DNA of 64,000 nucleotides from NCBI GenBank assembly GCA_041651235.1, contig JBAZJQ010000002.1, positions 3,434-67,433 on the forward strand. The letters are read 5' to 3'. Below, in pieces: positions 25,485 through 34,219 of this stretch. The position numbers were made by a program, and so were the translations under genes. Source of the DNA: Candidatus Pacearchaeota archaeon (GTDB lineage Archaea; Nanobdellota; Nanobdellia; Pacearchaeales; GW2011-AR1). The notes under the pieces were generated by a model. The model did not search any database, was not told where the DNA came from, and worked only from the letters and a program-made list of their open reading frames with translations. The stretch's first letter is position 1; every line of letters starts with the position of its first letter.

Positions 25485-26088
25485 TTTTTAGTTTTTTACT
25501 TATTGCATATTTTTTATAATTATAACTCAGGGTTTTAGACAAAACAAACATCAAAGAGCTAAGAGTCCCAAGAATTAGATCTATCATAGTATCATCATTT
25601 CTATCCATTAAAATATTTAACTTTTCCAATCCCTGCATATCTCCTCTTAAAAAAACTCCCTGGAGCTTCCAATCAAATAACTTGTCTAAAGTAAATTCTC
25701 CTATTTCAAAAAAAGTTAGCAATGAAATTACAATTGAAATTGTTAAGAGAAGTTTCATATCTAATTTAATATCCAGCCGATTAATTAAAAAGAAAATTAA
25801 AATGCAGATCAATGCGGGAGTAACAAGATGCAGAATTTTATCATAATTCGGATAAATAAAATATGAGGGGCTCAATAAAATACCTGATGCTGAAATTAAA
25901 ATAAAAATAAAATAATGCCTTGTCCTGAAATTTAATTTGAAAAATACGTCGACAAAATAAAATAAGACTATTGAGAAAATAAATCCTGCAACTCTGGTAA
26001 AATAACTTGTATTTTTTAGAGTATATAAAATTAATAAGATTAAAATTCCTATTATAACTGTAATTAATTGTTTACGCCTCTTTATCAT
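25474..26088 (-). CDS. polytopic membrane protein, unknown function
   Basis: 204 aa with about 6 hydrophobic segments. Confidence 0.5.
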   Translation of the reverse strand: MIKRRKQLITVIIGILILLILYTLKNTSYFTRVAGFIFSIVLFYFVDVFFKLNFRTRHYFIFILISASGILLSPSYFIYPNYDKILHLVTPALICILIFFLINRLDIKLDMKLLLTISIVISLLTFFEIGEFTLDKLFDWKLQGVFLRGDMQGLEKLNILMDRNDDTMIDLILGTLSSLMFVLSKTLSYNYKKYAISKKLKIKY

Positions 26089-26139
26089 AACAAATTGAAT
26101 TTTATTTAGTATAAATATTTTTTGTTGAAAATAAAAAGA

Positions 26140-26147
26140 TTTATAAA
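26140..26147 (+). promoter_or_regulatory. TATA-like box (TTTATAAA) 29 nt upstream of the ATG at 26169
   Basis: Motif and spacing. Confidence 0.45.
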
Positions 26148-26168
26148 GAAGAAATATATAAATATTTT

Positions 26169-27626
26169 ATGAAAAGAGGATGGGAGTTATTGGGTGTTAT
26201 AATTTTGTTCAGTATTAGTTTGATTTTTGCTGCACATACCGTTCAGACCAACCTTGATGCAACTTCTTTTACTGCAAATGAAAGTATTGTTTTTATCTAT
26301 AATGTAAGTGTAAATAATACTGACACATTAATAACTGCAAATATTTCTCAAGTCAATATAACTTTCCCAAGTCAATTTATTTTTATTAATCTAACTAATG
26401 GAACTAATGCGCCGGTAACATTTACTAATACCTCATCAGTTTTAACTTGGAGTAATGATACTGGAGCAGTTATGAATATTACTAGAAAATACTTCTGGTT
26501 CACATTAAATAGTTCATTACCTGGCAATTATAATCTTACAATAACTACTACTAATGTATCTGGCACTTTTAATACTAATATTTCTATTAGAATAAATGAT
26601 ACAGGGGTTCCAAATACAGTTGAATTTGCAAGTCCAACTAATGTAACTCGTTCTAATTTATCTCAGACTTATATAGATTATAATATAAGTGCTCCTGCAA
26701 CTATGGCTGCTTTTAGTAGAATTGCTATTAATTTATATAATTCTACAAATGATGTAGCTAATAGTTCAGTAAATTCCAGTACTACTGCAACAGGTAGGTT
26801 TACAGGTTTAGCTGATGGGATTTATTATCTTAATGCAACAATTAATAATACTCATGCTGATAAAAATACAAGTATAACAAGAATAATAACAATAGATACT
26901 ACTGCTCCAACACTTACACATGCATGTACTCCTGGAACTCTTAATGAAGGAGATGTTTTAACTTGTACTTGCACTGGAACAGATGCTACTAATATATCCA
27001 TTGGACCAACTTATGTTGTTAATCCAGATACAGTAACAGCAGGAACTTATACTACAATTTGTAATGCAACAGATCATGCAGGAAATACTGCTTCTTCAAG
27101 TATAAGTTATGAAGTAGTGTCTTCTTCAGGAGCAAATACAGGTTCTTCTGGGGGAACAACCTATTCCAAAACAATTCTTGAGAATACCAAAGAGTTTAGT
27201 GAAATTAAAACATTAACACAAGAATTACAATCAAAAGAAAGAGTAAAACTTAAAATAAATGGACAAAACCATTATGTAGGTATTGCTTCATTAAGTACCA
27301 CTAGTGCAACAATTGAAATAACTTCAACTCCTATAAAAGAAGCATTTAATATTGGAGAAGAAAAGAAGTTTGACCTTAATGATGATGGATACTATGATAT
27401 TTATGTTAAACTAAATTCAATTACAGCAGGTAAAGCTAGTGTTACAATGAATTCGATATATGAAAAGGTAACTACAGAGACTTCTTCTACTTCAACTGAA
27501 CCTAGCGATAGTGACGGATTAAATGCAGAATCAGGAAGTATGGCTTGGATTTGGATTGTAATTGGCTTAGTAGTTCTTATTGCTGCTGGTGCAGGTTATA
27601 AATACAAAGATAAATTAGGATTCTAA
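26169..27626 (+). CDS. cell-surface glycoprotein-like protein (signal peptide, NxS/T-rich beta domains, HYR-like module, C-terminal TM anchor)
   Basis: Dozens of N-x-S/T sequons. DTTAPTLTHACTPG...CTCTGTDATN...CNATDHAGNTASSSISYEV resembles a hyalin-repeat-like domain. C-terminal anchor WIWIVIGLVVLIAAGAGY. Confidence 0.6.
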   Translation: MKRGWELLGVIILFSISLIFAAHTVQTNLDATSFTANESIVFIYNVSVNNTDTLITANISQVNITFPSQFIFINLTNGTNAPVTFTNTSSVLTWSNDTGAVMNITRKYFWFTLNSSLPGNYNLTITTTNVSGTFNTNISIRINDTGVPNTVEFASPTNVTRSNLSQTYIDYNISAPATMAAFSRIAINLYNSTNDVANSSVNSSTTATGRFTGLADGIYYLNATINNTHADKNTSITRIITIDTTAPTLTHACTPGTLNEGDVLTCTCTGTDATNISIGPTYVVNPDTVTAGTYTTICNATDHAGNTASSSISYEVVSSSGANTGSSGGTTYSKTILENTKEFSEIKTLTQELQSKERVKLKINGQNHYVGIASLSTTSATIEITSTPIKEAFNIGEEKKFDLNDDGYYDIYVKLNSITAGKASVTMNSIYEKVTTETSSTSTEPSDSDGLNAESGSMAWIWIVIGLVVLIAAGAGYKYKDKLGF

Positions 27627-27664
27627 TAAAAAGATTTAAAAACTTACTAGTTTTTGGGAAATTT

Positions 27665-28225
27665 ATGCATCACCATAAATCTTATCTTGGAAACATAGCA
27701 GGATTAGGAATGATTCGTCAGATTGACGATATGATTATTGCAGGGCAAGAGTCAATTAATGAGGAAAGATTAAGAGAAGATGTAGAGAAAGAGATGGAAA
27801 GAGAGAAGACCCATAGATTAAATCAAGCATATGTTCAAAAATCTGATTCTAACCATATAATTAGACTTGAAAATGATTCTATGTGGACCTATGCTTATGC
27901 TAAAACTGGAAAATATAATCAAATAACTCAGTATTCTTTTTATAAAAGTATGTTAAAAACAATGTTTTTGAATCAAGAGATTAGTAAACATATGTTAATG
28001 CATGTATCTCCAAAAAAAATAGATGGACAAAGAGAGATTGATTTTCGGTATGATGAATTCAATTATGGAGGAAATCTGTTTTTCAAAACTCCGGAAATAC
28101 ATTCAGAAATATGTTTTGGTCAAGGTTATGAGATTTTTAAAGACTTACTTGAATTAAAACATAATAAACCTAAAAAAGCTTGGCTTAGATTATCACAAAA
28201 TGAAAGTCTTGCTCAATTGTTATAA
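27665..28225 (+). CDS. hypothetical protein
   Basis: 186-aa ORF with no recognisable motif. Confidence 0.4.
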   Translation: MHHHKSYLGNIAGLGMIRQIDDMIIAGQESINEERLREDVEKEMEREKTHRLNQAYVQKSDSNHIIRLENDSMWTYAYAKTGKYNQITQYSFYKSMLKTMFLNQEISKHMLMHVSPKKIDGQREIDFRYDEFNYGGNLFFKTPEIHSEICFGQGYEIFKDLLELKHNKPKKAWLRLSQNESLAQLL

Positions 28226-28272
28226 ATTTAACTAAGTTTTTATCAATAATTATAGATTATAAATCCAAAAGG

Positions 28273-28280
28273 TTTATATA
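28273..28280 (+). promoter_or_regulatory. TATA-like box (TTTATATA) 29 nt upstream of the ATG at 28302
   Basis: The spacing favours the second ATG (MNNRTYHIFF...) as the arsR start. Confidence 0.45.
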
Positions 28281-28301
28281 GTCATATGAATTATGTTTCA
28301 T

Positions 28302-28610
28302 ATGAATAATCGTACATACCATATTTTCTTTAGCAAATTAGCTAATCCATTAAGGATAAGTATTATTTCAAGTTTAGATAAAAATCCTAAATCAGTTAGT
28401 GAATTAATTAAAGAGTTGAAAATTGAACAGAGTAAGTTAAGCCATGCTTTAGGAGAATTAAAAGAATGTAATATTGTTGGATTTGAACAAAAAGGAAAAC
28501 AAAGAATTTATTCGTTAAGCTCCACTATTAAACCCATTTTAAGAATGATTGATGTGCATAGCAAAGGATGCTGCAAAGCTAAATGTGCTGAATGTAAGGG
28601 GTGCAAATGA
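28302..28610 (+). CDS. arsR: ArsR/SmtB-family winged-helix regulator with a C-terminal Cys cluster
   Basis: LANPLRISIISSL...PKSVSELIKELKIEQSKLSHALGELKECNIV is the ArsR HTH pattern. The tail is GCCKAKCAECKGCK. Confidence 0.8.
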   Translation: MNNRTYHIFFSKLANPLRISIISSLDKNPKSVSELIKELKIEQSKLSHALGELKECNIVGFEQKGKQRIYSLSSTIKPILRMIDVHSKGCCKAKCAECKGCK

Positions 28611-29173
28611 AAAAAATTTATTTAATACATGGCTGGGGAGGATATCCTGAAAATAACTGGTTTCCATGGTTAAAAAAAGAATTAGAAAGAAGAAATTTTG
28701 AAGTTCATCCTTTAAAAATGCCAAATCCAGATGAGCCAAAAATAAATGAATGGATTGATTTTCTTATAAAAAATATTAATGTTAATGAAGAAACATATTT
28801 GATTGGACATAGTATGGGTTGTAGAGCTATTATTGGTTTCTTAGAACATTGCAATAAAAAGATAAAAGGAGTTATTTTTGTTGCAGGATGGATTGCATTA
28901 AATAATTTAGAAACTGATCAAGAAAAAGAAACTGCTAAACAATGGACAAATAAAATTATAGATTATAATAAAGTTAAAGAAAAAGCAGATAAATTCGTTG
29001 CTATTTTCTCTAATAATGATCCATTTGTTCCTTTTAAAATTAATTCAGATTTTTATAAAAATAAATTAAATGCAGAGATTATTAAGGAAAAAAATAAAGG
29101 ACATTTTGATGATGAAGCAGGAATAAAAGAATTACCTATTGTTGTAGATAAATTATTGGAGATGATGAAATGA
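28607..29173 (+). CDS. YdeN/RBBP9-family serine hydrolase (alpha/beta fold)
   Basis: IYLIHGWGGYPENNWFPWL and the nucleophile elbow GHSMG. The start overlaps the arsR stop (ATGA). Confidence 0.7.
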   Translation: MKKIYLIHGWGGYPENNWFPWLKKELERRNFEVHPLKMPNPDEPKINEWIDFLIKNINVNEETYLIGHSMGCRAIIGFLEHCNKKIKGVIFVAGWIALNNLETDQEKETAKQWTNKIIDYNKVKEKADKFVAIFSNNDPFVPFKINSDFYKNKLNAEIIKEKNKGHFDDEAGIKELPIVVDKLLEMMK

Positions 29174-30324
29174 AAAAAATTTATTTAGACAACGCTGCAA
29201 CAACGCAAGTTGATAACAAAGTTATAGATGAAATGATTCCATATTTCTCTGAGAAATATGGTAATGCCAGTTCTCAGCATTTAGTTGGGCAGGAAGCCAA
29301 AAGAGCATTAGAAGAAGCAAGACATGTGATTGCTAAGTCAATTAATGCGAAAGATGATGAAATTATATTTACTTCAGGTGGAACTGAATCAAATAATATG
29401 GTATTAAAGGGCTTGTTTTTTGCTAATAAAGATTCAGGAAAAAATCATATTATAACAACAAAAATAGAGCATGACTGCATTTTAAATGCCTGTAAATGGC
29501 TAGAAAGCCTCGGAGCTGATATAACTTATTTAGATGTAGACAATGAGGGGTTTATTGATTTAAATGAACTAGAACAAGCAATTAATAATAAAACTCTTAT
29601 TGTTTCTGTTATCCATGGCAATAATGAAATAGGAACAATACAGGATTTAGAAGCGATAGGAAGGGTTTGTAGAGAGAAAAATGTTTATTTTCATACAGAT
29701 GCCTGTCAGAGCTATACTAAAACAGAAATCAATGTTAAAAAGCAAAATTTAGACCTAGTTACCTTAAATTCTCATAAAATTCATGGGCCTAAAGGGGTTG
29801 GTGCTTTGTTTATTAGAAAAGAATTGAAAGATAAAATAACTCCTTTAATGCATGGAGGAGGTCATGAATATAAAATAAGAAGCGGTACTGAAAATGTATC
29901 TGGAATTGTTGGGTTTGCAAAAGCAGTTAAAATTGCAGATAACTCTGATATTAAAAAAATAACTAAATTAAGAGATAAATTAATTGAGGGAATCTTAAAA
30001 ATACCTAATACAAAGCTTAATGGGGCCAGAGATAAAAGATTATGTGGAAATGTTAATATCTCATTTAACAACATTGAAGGAGAAGCTATTGGGGGTTATT
30101 TGGATTCATATGGTATTTGCAGTTCAACAGGAAGTGCATGTTCTTCTCATACGCTGGCTATAAGCCATGTTTTGAAAGCTATTGGATTATCTGATTTAGA
30201 AGCTAATACTTCAATAAGATTAAGTTTAAGTAAATATAATACAGAAGAAGAAATTGACTATGTTTTGGATGTTTTAACTAAAACAGTTGAAAAACTAAGA
30301 AAAATTAGTCCAATTAAATTATAA
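29170..30324 (+). CDS. nifS: cysteine desulfurase (NifS/IscS type)
   Basis: SGGTESNN, PLP-lysine motif SHKIHGPKGVG, and active-site Cys loop SSTGSACSS. Confidence 0.9.
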   Translation: MKKIYLDNAATTQVDNKVIDEMIPYFSEKYGNASSQHLVGQEAKRALEEARHVIAKSINAKDDEIIFTSGGTESNNMVLKGLFFANKDSGKNHIITTKIEHDCILNACKWLESLGADITYLDVDNEGFIDLNELEQAINNKTLIVSVIHGNNEIGTIQDLEAIGRVCREKNVYFHTDACQSYTKTEINVKKQNLDLVTLNSHKIHGPKGVGALFIRKELKDKITPLMHGGGHEYKIRSGTENVSGIVGFAKAVKIADNSDIKKITKLRDKLIEGILKIPNTKLNGARDKRLCGNVNISFNNIEGEAIGGYLDSYGICSSTGSACSSHTLAISHVLKAIGLSDLEANTSIRLSLSKYNTEEEIDYVLDVLTKTVEKLRKISPIKL

Positions 30325-31061
30325 TGGAAAATAAAGAAATTAAAAAAATTGTAAAAGAAAATTATTCAAAAATAGCTAAGCAGGGATGTGGTTGCGGATG
30401 TGGATGTTCTAATGCTAAACAAATATCTAAAGAAATAGGCTATAGTGATGAAGAAATAAATCTGGTCCCTGAAGCTAATTTAGGATTAGGGTGCGGAAAT
30501 CCTCTTGCATTAAGTAATATCAAGCAAGGAGAGGTTGTATTGGATTTAGGGAGTGGTGCAGGATTTGACTGTTTTTTAGCAGCTAAGCAAGTTGGAGAAA
30601 AGGGAAGAGTTATTGGGGTTGATATGACTGAAGAAATGATAGACAAAGCAAGAAAAAATGCATTGAATAATGGATTTAATAATGTAGAATTTAGATTTGG
30701 AGATATTGAAGAATTGCCTGTTGAAGATAATTCTATTGATATTATAATTAGCAATTGTGTAATTAATCTTGCTCCTGACAAAGATAAGGTGTTTAAAGAG
30801 GGGCATAGGGTTTTAAAGAAAAATGGTAAGATGTATGTCTCAGATATCGTCTTATTGGGAAAATTAACAAAAGAACAAAAAAACAATAAGGAGTTATTAT
30901 CTGGATGTGTAGCAGGAGCATTACAAAAAGAAGATTATATTAAAAAAATAAAAAAAGCAGGATTTAAAGTTAAGATACTTCAGGAAAATAAAGAAATAAG
31001 CAAAACCCAATATCAGGGAATCTCATTAGAGAGTCTAAAAGTTGAAGCAATTAAATTGTAA
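30324..31061 (+). CDS. arsM: ArsM-like SAM-dependent methyltransferase (arsenite methyltransferase family)
   Basis: SAM motif VLDLGSGAGFD. Family-typical cysteines occur in GLGCGNP, SNCVINL and LSGCVAGA, plus an N-terminal GCGCGCGC run. Confidence 0.75.
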   Translation: MENKEIKKIVKENYSKIAKQGCGCGCGCSNAKQISKEIGYSDEEINLVPEANLGLGCGNPLALSNIKQGEVVLDLGSGAGFDCFLAAKQVGEKGRVIGVDMTEEMIDKARKNALNNGFNNVEFRFGDIEELPVEDNSIDIIISNCVINLAPDKDKVFKEGHRVLKKNGKMYVSDIVLLGKLTKEQKNNKELLSGCVAGALQKEDYIKKIKKAGFKVKILQENKEISKTQYQGISLESLKVEAIKL

Positions 31062-31073
31062 TTGGAGGTAAAA

Positions 31074-31157
31074 ATGACAAAGAAAAAAACAAAAAAATGC
31101 AAATGCTGTGGATGTAATCCATGTAAATGCGATCCTTGCAATTGCTGTAAATGCTAA
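31074..31157 (+). CDS. 27-aa Cys-rich, metallothionein-like micro-peptide, unannotated
   Basis: MTKKKTKKCKCCGCNPCKCDPCNCCKC has 10 Cys in the last 19 residues. GGAGG at 31064-31068 lies 5 nt before the ATG. It occupies the only gap in the operon. Confidence 0.5.
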   Translation: MTKKKTKKCKCCGCNPCKCDPCNCCKC

Positions 31158-31164
31158 GAATAAA

Positions 31165-31389
31165 ATGAAAAAAAGGAAAATAGAAAACAAGATAAATAAA
31201 AATATGACATTTTCTGAACTTATTGATAAATTCCCAGAATCAGTTGAAGTTTTACTTGAAAATGGAATGCATTGTTTCGGATGTCCAATGTCAGCTGGAG
31301 AAAGTTTAGAGCAGGGATGTTTAGCTCATGGATTAAATCCAGATAAGATTCTGAAAGACATAAATATAAAATTAAAAGGGAAAAGATAA
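31165..31389 (+). CDS. DUF1858-domain protein (ScdA/RIC N-terminal-like, hybrid-cluster-associated redox disulfide type)
   Basis: MTFSELIDKFPESVEVLLENGMHCFGCPMSAGESLEQGCLAHGLNPDKIL. The track's upstream start at 31108 would overlap the micro-peptide, so I use the ATG at 31165 (31204 is an alternative). Confidence 0.65.
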   Translation: MKKRKIENKINKNMTFSELIDKFPESVEVLLENGMHCFGCPMSAGESLEQGCLAHGLNPDKILKDINIKLKGKR

Positions 31390-31390
31390 A

Positions 31391-31696
31391 ATGAGAATGT
31401 GGAATATTAAACCAAGTAAAATGTGTGATAAACACCTATTAGGAGAACATGTAGAAACACATATGTTTGTTGGATGTTTGAATAAAAACAAATCTGTTAA
31501 AGGTTATTTAGACAAAGGATTATTAGAAGTTCATAATTTAAGAAAAAGACATGATAGATTAGTTAGTGAAATGAAAAAAAGAGGAATGAAACATAAATCT
31601 AAACTTCCTAACTACAAAATGCAAAAACTTGGAAAAATTAATATTAAATTAAATGAAAAAGATCTTTTTAATAGATGCAAGGAGTGTGGAAAATGA
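31391..31696 (+). CDS. pyrimidine-dimer DNA glycosylase-like / TIGR02328-like small protein
   Basis: The N-terminus MRMWNIKPSKMCDKHLLGEHVETH resembles the MRLW...L....LLGQHRE start of that family. The assignment is tentative. Confidence 0.35.
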   Translation: MRMWNIKPSKMCDKHLLGEHVETHMFVGCLNKNKSVKGYLDKGLLEVHNLRKRHDRLVSEMKKRGMKHKSKLPNYKMQKLGKINIKLNEKDLFNRCKECGK

Positions 31697-32370
31697 ATAA
31701 AGTAATTTTTGAATTTGATAAGAAAAAAGATTTATTTAATCTTTGGCAAACTTGCAATACAGACTGTAAATGGAATGATTTTAAAAGTAAATTATCTCCG
31801 AAAATGGTAAAACAATTAAAAGGAAGAGAATTTGCAGATTGTGTAAGATTGTTAAATAATTATTCAAAAAAAATTCATAATTCTAAAATAATTAAAATTA
31901 GTGAAAATGCAGTTAATCAAGCATGGGGACTGATTGAAAAAAAGTATTTTGCAAGACTTGAAAAAATAACAGGAAAAAAATTTGGAGATAGAAGAATTGA
32001 TGCATATCTAACTAGTGTTCCTAGATGTCCATACTACATTAATCATAATTGGTTTATGGTGAATTATTTTTCCGGTATTCCTCACATGCTGGCAACTGCA
32101 GGACATGAATTAATGCATTTTCATTTTCATAGAAATTATTGGGAGGAGATAGAGAGGCAGATTGGTAAAGAAAGGACTGGAGATTTAAAAGAATCATTAA
32201 CAGTTTTGCTCAACTTAGAGTTCAAAGATTTATGGGTAGTTGAGGATAGAGGATATGAACCTCATAAAAAATTAAGAGGATACATAGAAAGACAATGGAA
32301 CAATAAAAAAGATTTTGATGTTTTATTAAATAAATGTGTAAAATATATTAATAAAAATGGAATACAATAA
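31693..32370 (+). CDS. hypothetical HExxH metallopeptidase-like protein
   Basis: ATAGHELMHFHFH. The start overlaps the previous stop (ATGA). Confidence 0.45.
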   Translation: MNKVIFEFDKKKDLFNLWQTCNTDCKWNDFKSKLSPKMVKQLKGREFADCVRLLNNYSKKIHNSKIIKISENAVNQAWGLIEKKYFARLEKITGKKFGDRRIDAYLTSVPRCPYYINHNWFMVNYFSGIPHMLATAGHELMHFHFHRNYWEEIERQIGKERTGDLKESLTVLLNLEFKDLWVVEDRGYEPHKKLRGYIERQWNNKKDFDVLLNKCVKYINKNGIQ

Positions 32371-32770
32371 AAAAGTACTTGAGTTGTTTAGAAATCCTAA
32401 AAATATGGGAGAAATGAAAAATCCTGATGCTATTGGAGAAGTTGGAAATCCAAGATGCGGAGATATAATGAAAGTTTTCTTAAAGATAGATGAAAATAAA
32501 ATTAAAGATATTAAATTCCAGACAATGGGATGTATTGCAGCTATTGCAACTTCATCTATGACCACTGAACTAGCAAAAGGAAAAACATTAGAGGAAGCCA
32601 AAAAAATAACTAATAAAGATGTTGCAAAAGCACTAGGAGATTTGCCTCCAATTAAAATGCATTGTTCAAATTTAGCTGCAGATGCTTTAAGAAAAGCTAT
32701 TGAAAACTACGAGGGAAAACCTAAGATTAATAATGTTAAATCTAATAAATGCTGCATTTGTGATAAATAA
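32357..32770 (+). CDS. iscU: Fe-S cluster scaffold IscU/NifU N-terminal type
   Basis: Three ligand cysteines in context: NPRCGD, FQTMGCIAAIATSS and HCSNLAADAL. Confidence 0.85.
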   Translation: MEYNKKVLELFRNPKNMGEMKNPDAIGEVGNPRCGDIMKVFLKIDENKIKDIKFQTMGCIAAIATSSMTTELAKGKTLEEAKKITNKDVAKALGDLPPIKMHCSNLAADALRKAIENYEGKPKINNVKSNKCCICDK

Positions 32771-32777
32771 AATCTTA

Positions 32778-32845
32778 CTAATCTATTAAGACAAACAATT
32801 TGCAGATGAAATGATTAAAATTAGATATAGATTATTAATAAAGAA
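32778..32845. repeat. intergenic MITE-like repeat, copy R6
   Basis: ctaatctattaagacaaacaatttgcagatgaaatgattaaaattagatatagattattaat. Confidence 0.55.
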
Positions 32846-32868
32846 TAAATGAAGATTATACAACAAAA

Positions 32869-33351
32869 ATGAAAAATAAAAACGTTGGATATTTAATTGC
32901 AGGATTATCAGTTGTCATAATTGGCATAGTTTTGATTTTTAATTTAGGATTAAAAAATATTGTTGGACAAACGTGTTCTCATGGAACTAGTTGCACTATG
33001 TATGATACAATTGCTGTCCAGACTTATTTTAGTCTTGCAATTGCTGGAATTATTTTAATAATTGGTTTATTTTTTATTTTTTCAAAAGAAGAAAAAGAAA
33101 TTGTTATTAAAAAAATAAAAGAAAAAGTTGAAGTTAAAAGAAAACCTGTTGATTATTCTAAATTAGATAAAGATGAAAAAATTGTTGTTAAGATAATTGA
33201 AGACGCAGAAGGAACGATATTTCAATCAGATTTAGTTGAAAAATCTAATTTCTCTAAGGTAAAAGTATCAAGAATTCTTGATAAACTAGAAGGCAGACAG
33301 CTAATTGAAAGAAAGAGAAGAGGAATGACTAATGTTGTTTTATTGAAGTGA
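32869..33351 (+). CDS. membrane-anchored winged-helix regulator (two TMs + MarR-like wHTH)
   Basis: TMs YLIAGLSVVIIGIVLIF and LAIAGIILIIGLFFIF. The C-terminal IFQSDLVEKSNFSKVKVSRILDKLEGRQLIERKRRGMTNVV is a wHTH. Confidence 0.6.
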   Translation: MKNKNVGYLIAGLSVVIIGIVLIFNLGLKNIVGQTCSHGTSCTMYDTIAVQTYFSLAIAGIILIIGLFFIFSKEEKEIVIKKIKEKVEVKRKPVDYSKLDKDEKIVVKIIEDAEGTIFQSDLVEKSNFSKVKVSRILDKLEGRQLIERKRRGMTNVVLLK

Positions 33352-33414
33352 AACTAGTTTCAAACATAGGGTTAAAAGCTATTTCTTTTTGAGAATTTTA
33401 GGAGGTAAAACAAA

Positions 33415-33636
33415 ATGGATACAAAAGTAATAATTGCTGCAGTTATTGTAGGATTGTTAATTGTTGGAGCTGTAACAGCATCTGTTGTTACAAATAATCA
33501 AACAGTTGATGATAATGCTAAAACTACTACAACTGGATGTTCTAGTTGCGGCAATAGTTGTAGTGCAGAAAAAAATTGTGGTTTAGCAACTTGTGGTGCT
33601 GTTAATGGCGGAACCTGTGGTTGTAATAAAAAATAG
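33415..33636 (+). CDS. TM-anchored Cys-rich small protein
   Basis: N-terminal TM VIIAAVIVGLLIVGAVTASVV and tail TTTTGCSSCGNSCSAEKNCGLATCGAVNGGTCGCNKK (8 Cys). A GGAGG lies upstream. Confidence 0.5.
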   Translation: MDTKVIIAAVIVGLLIVGAVTASVVTNNQTVDDNAKTTTTGCSSCGNSCSAEKNCGLATCGAVNGGTCGCNKK

Positions 33637-33709
33637 TTCTTTTAAATTTTAATTTTTTTCTTTTTTCTTTTTCCAAAACATTTATATTCTATAACCTCTT
33701 ATAAGAGAT

Positions 33710-33928
33710 ATGAAAAAACAGATGATTGAAACACTAACTGCACTTCTAACTGCTGCATTTGGATTAATTGCAGCACTAGCATGGAATACAGCAATTCAGG
33801 CTATTTTTAAAAAGATTTTTGGAGAACAAAGCAGTATTTTAGCTATGGTTATTTATGCACTTGTTGTTACAATTATAGCTGTTATCTTAACTATTTGGAT
33901 TGGAAAACTAACACCCAAAAATGAATAA
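33710..33928 (+). CDS. small two-TM membrane protein (DUF5654-like)
   Basis: LTAAFGLIAALAWNTAIQAIFKKIFG...VVTIIAVILTIWIG. The family assignment is from memory. Confidence 0.5.
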   Translation: MKKQMIETLTALLTAAFGLIAALAWNTAIQAIFKKIFGEQSSILAMVIYALVVTIIAVILTIWIGKLTPKNE

Positions 33929-33940
33929 AAGGAGGTGAAA

Positions 33941-34159
33941 ATGGCAAGAAGAAAACCGAAACAAGATAAAGAAATGATGAAATGTAATATTGGTAAACAT
34001 TGTTCTTGCGGAGGAGTCTATGGAGTAGGATTTATTGGCTCTGTAATTTATTATATATCTACTGCAAGTGGATTCTGGATGGGAGTTTTAGGAATTTTAA
34101 AATCTCTTGTTTGGCCTGCGTTTTTAGTATTTGAATTACTTAAATATCTAGGAGCTTAA
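33941..34159 (+). CDS. small membrane protein with an N-terminal CxxxxxxCSC motif
   Basis: GGAGG lies 5 nt upstream of the ATG at 33941. MARRKPKQDKEMMKCNIGKHCSCGGVYGVGFIGSVIYYI... has two TMs. Confidence 0.5.
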   Translation: MARRKPKQDKEMMKCNIGKHCSCGGVYGVGFIGSVIYYISTASGFWMGVLGILKSLVWPAFLVFELLKYLGA

Positions 34160-34219
34160 TTTTTTATTTTTTTCTTTCTTAGATAATATAAACTAGATTA
34201 TTAAAATATAAACAAAGAA

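Noticed and set aside
31108-31164. Track start of the DUF1858 gene at 31108 (N-terminal MDVIHVNAILAIAVNAKNK).
   Set aside because: This segment overlaps the SD-led Cys-rich micro-ORF in another frame and adds a non-conserved leader. An internal ATG at 31165 (or 31204) fits better.
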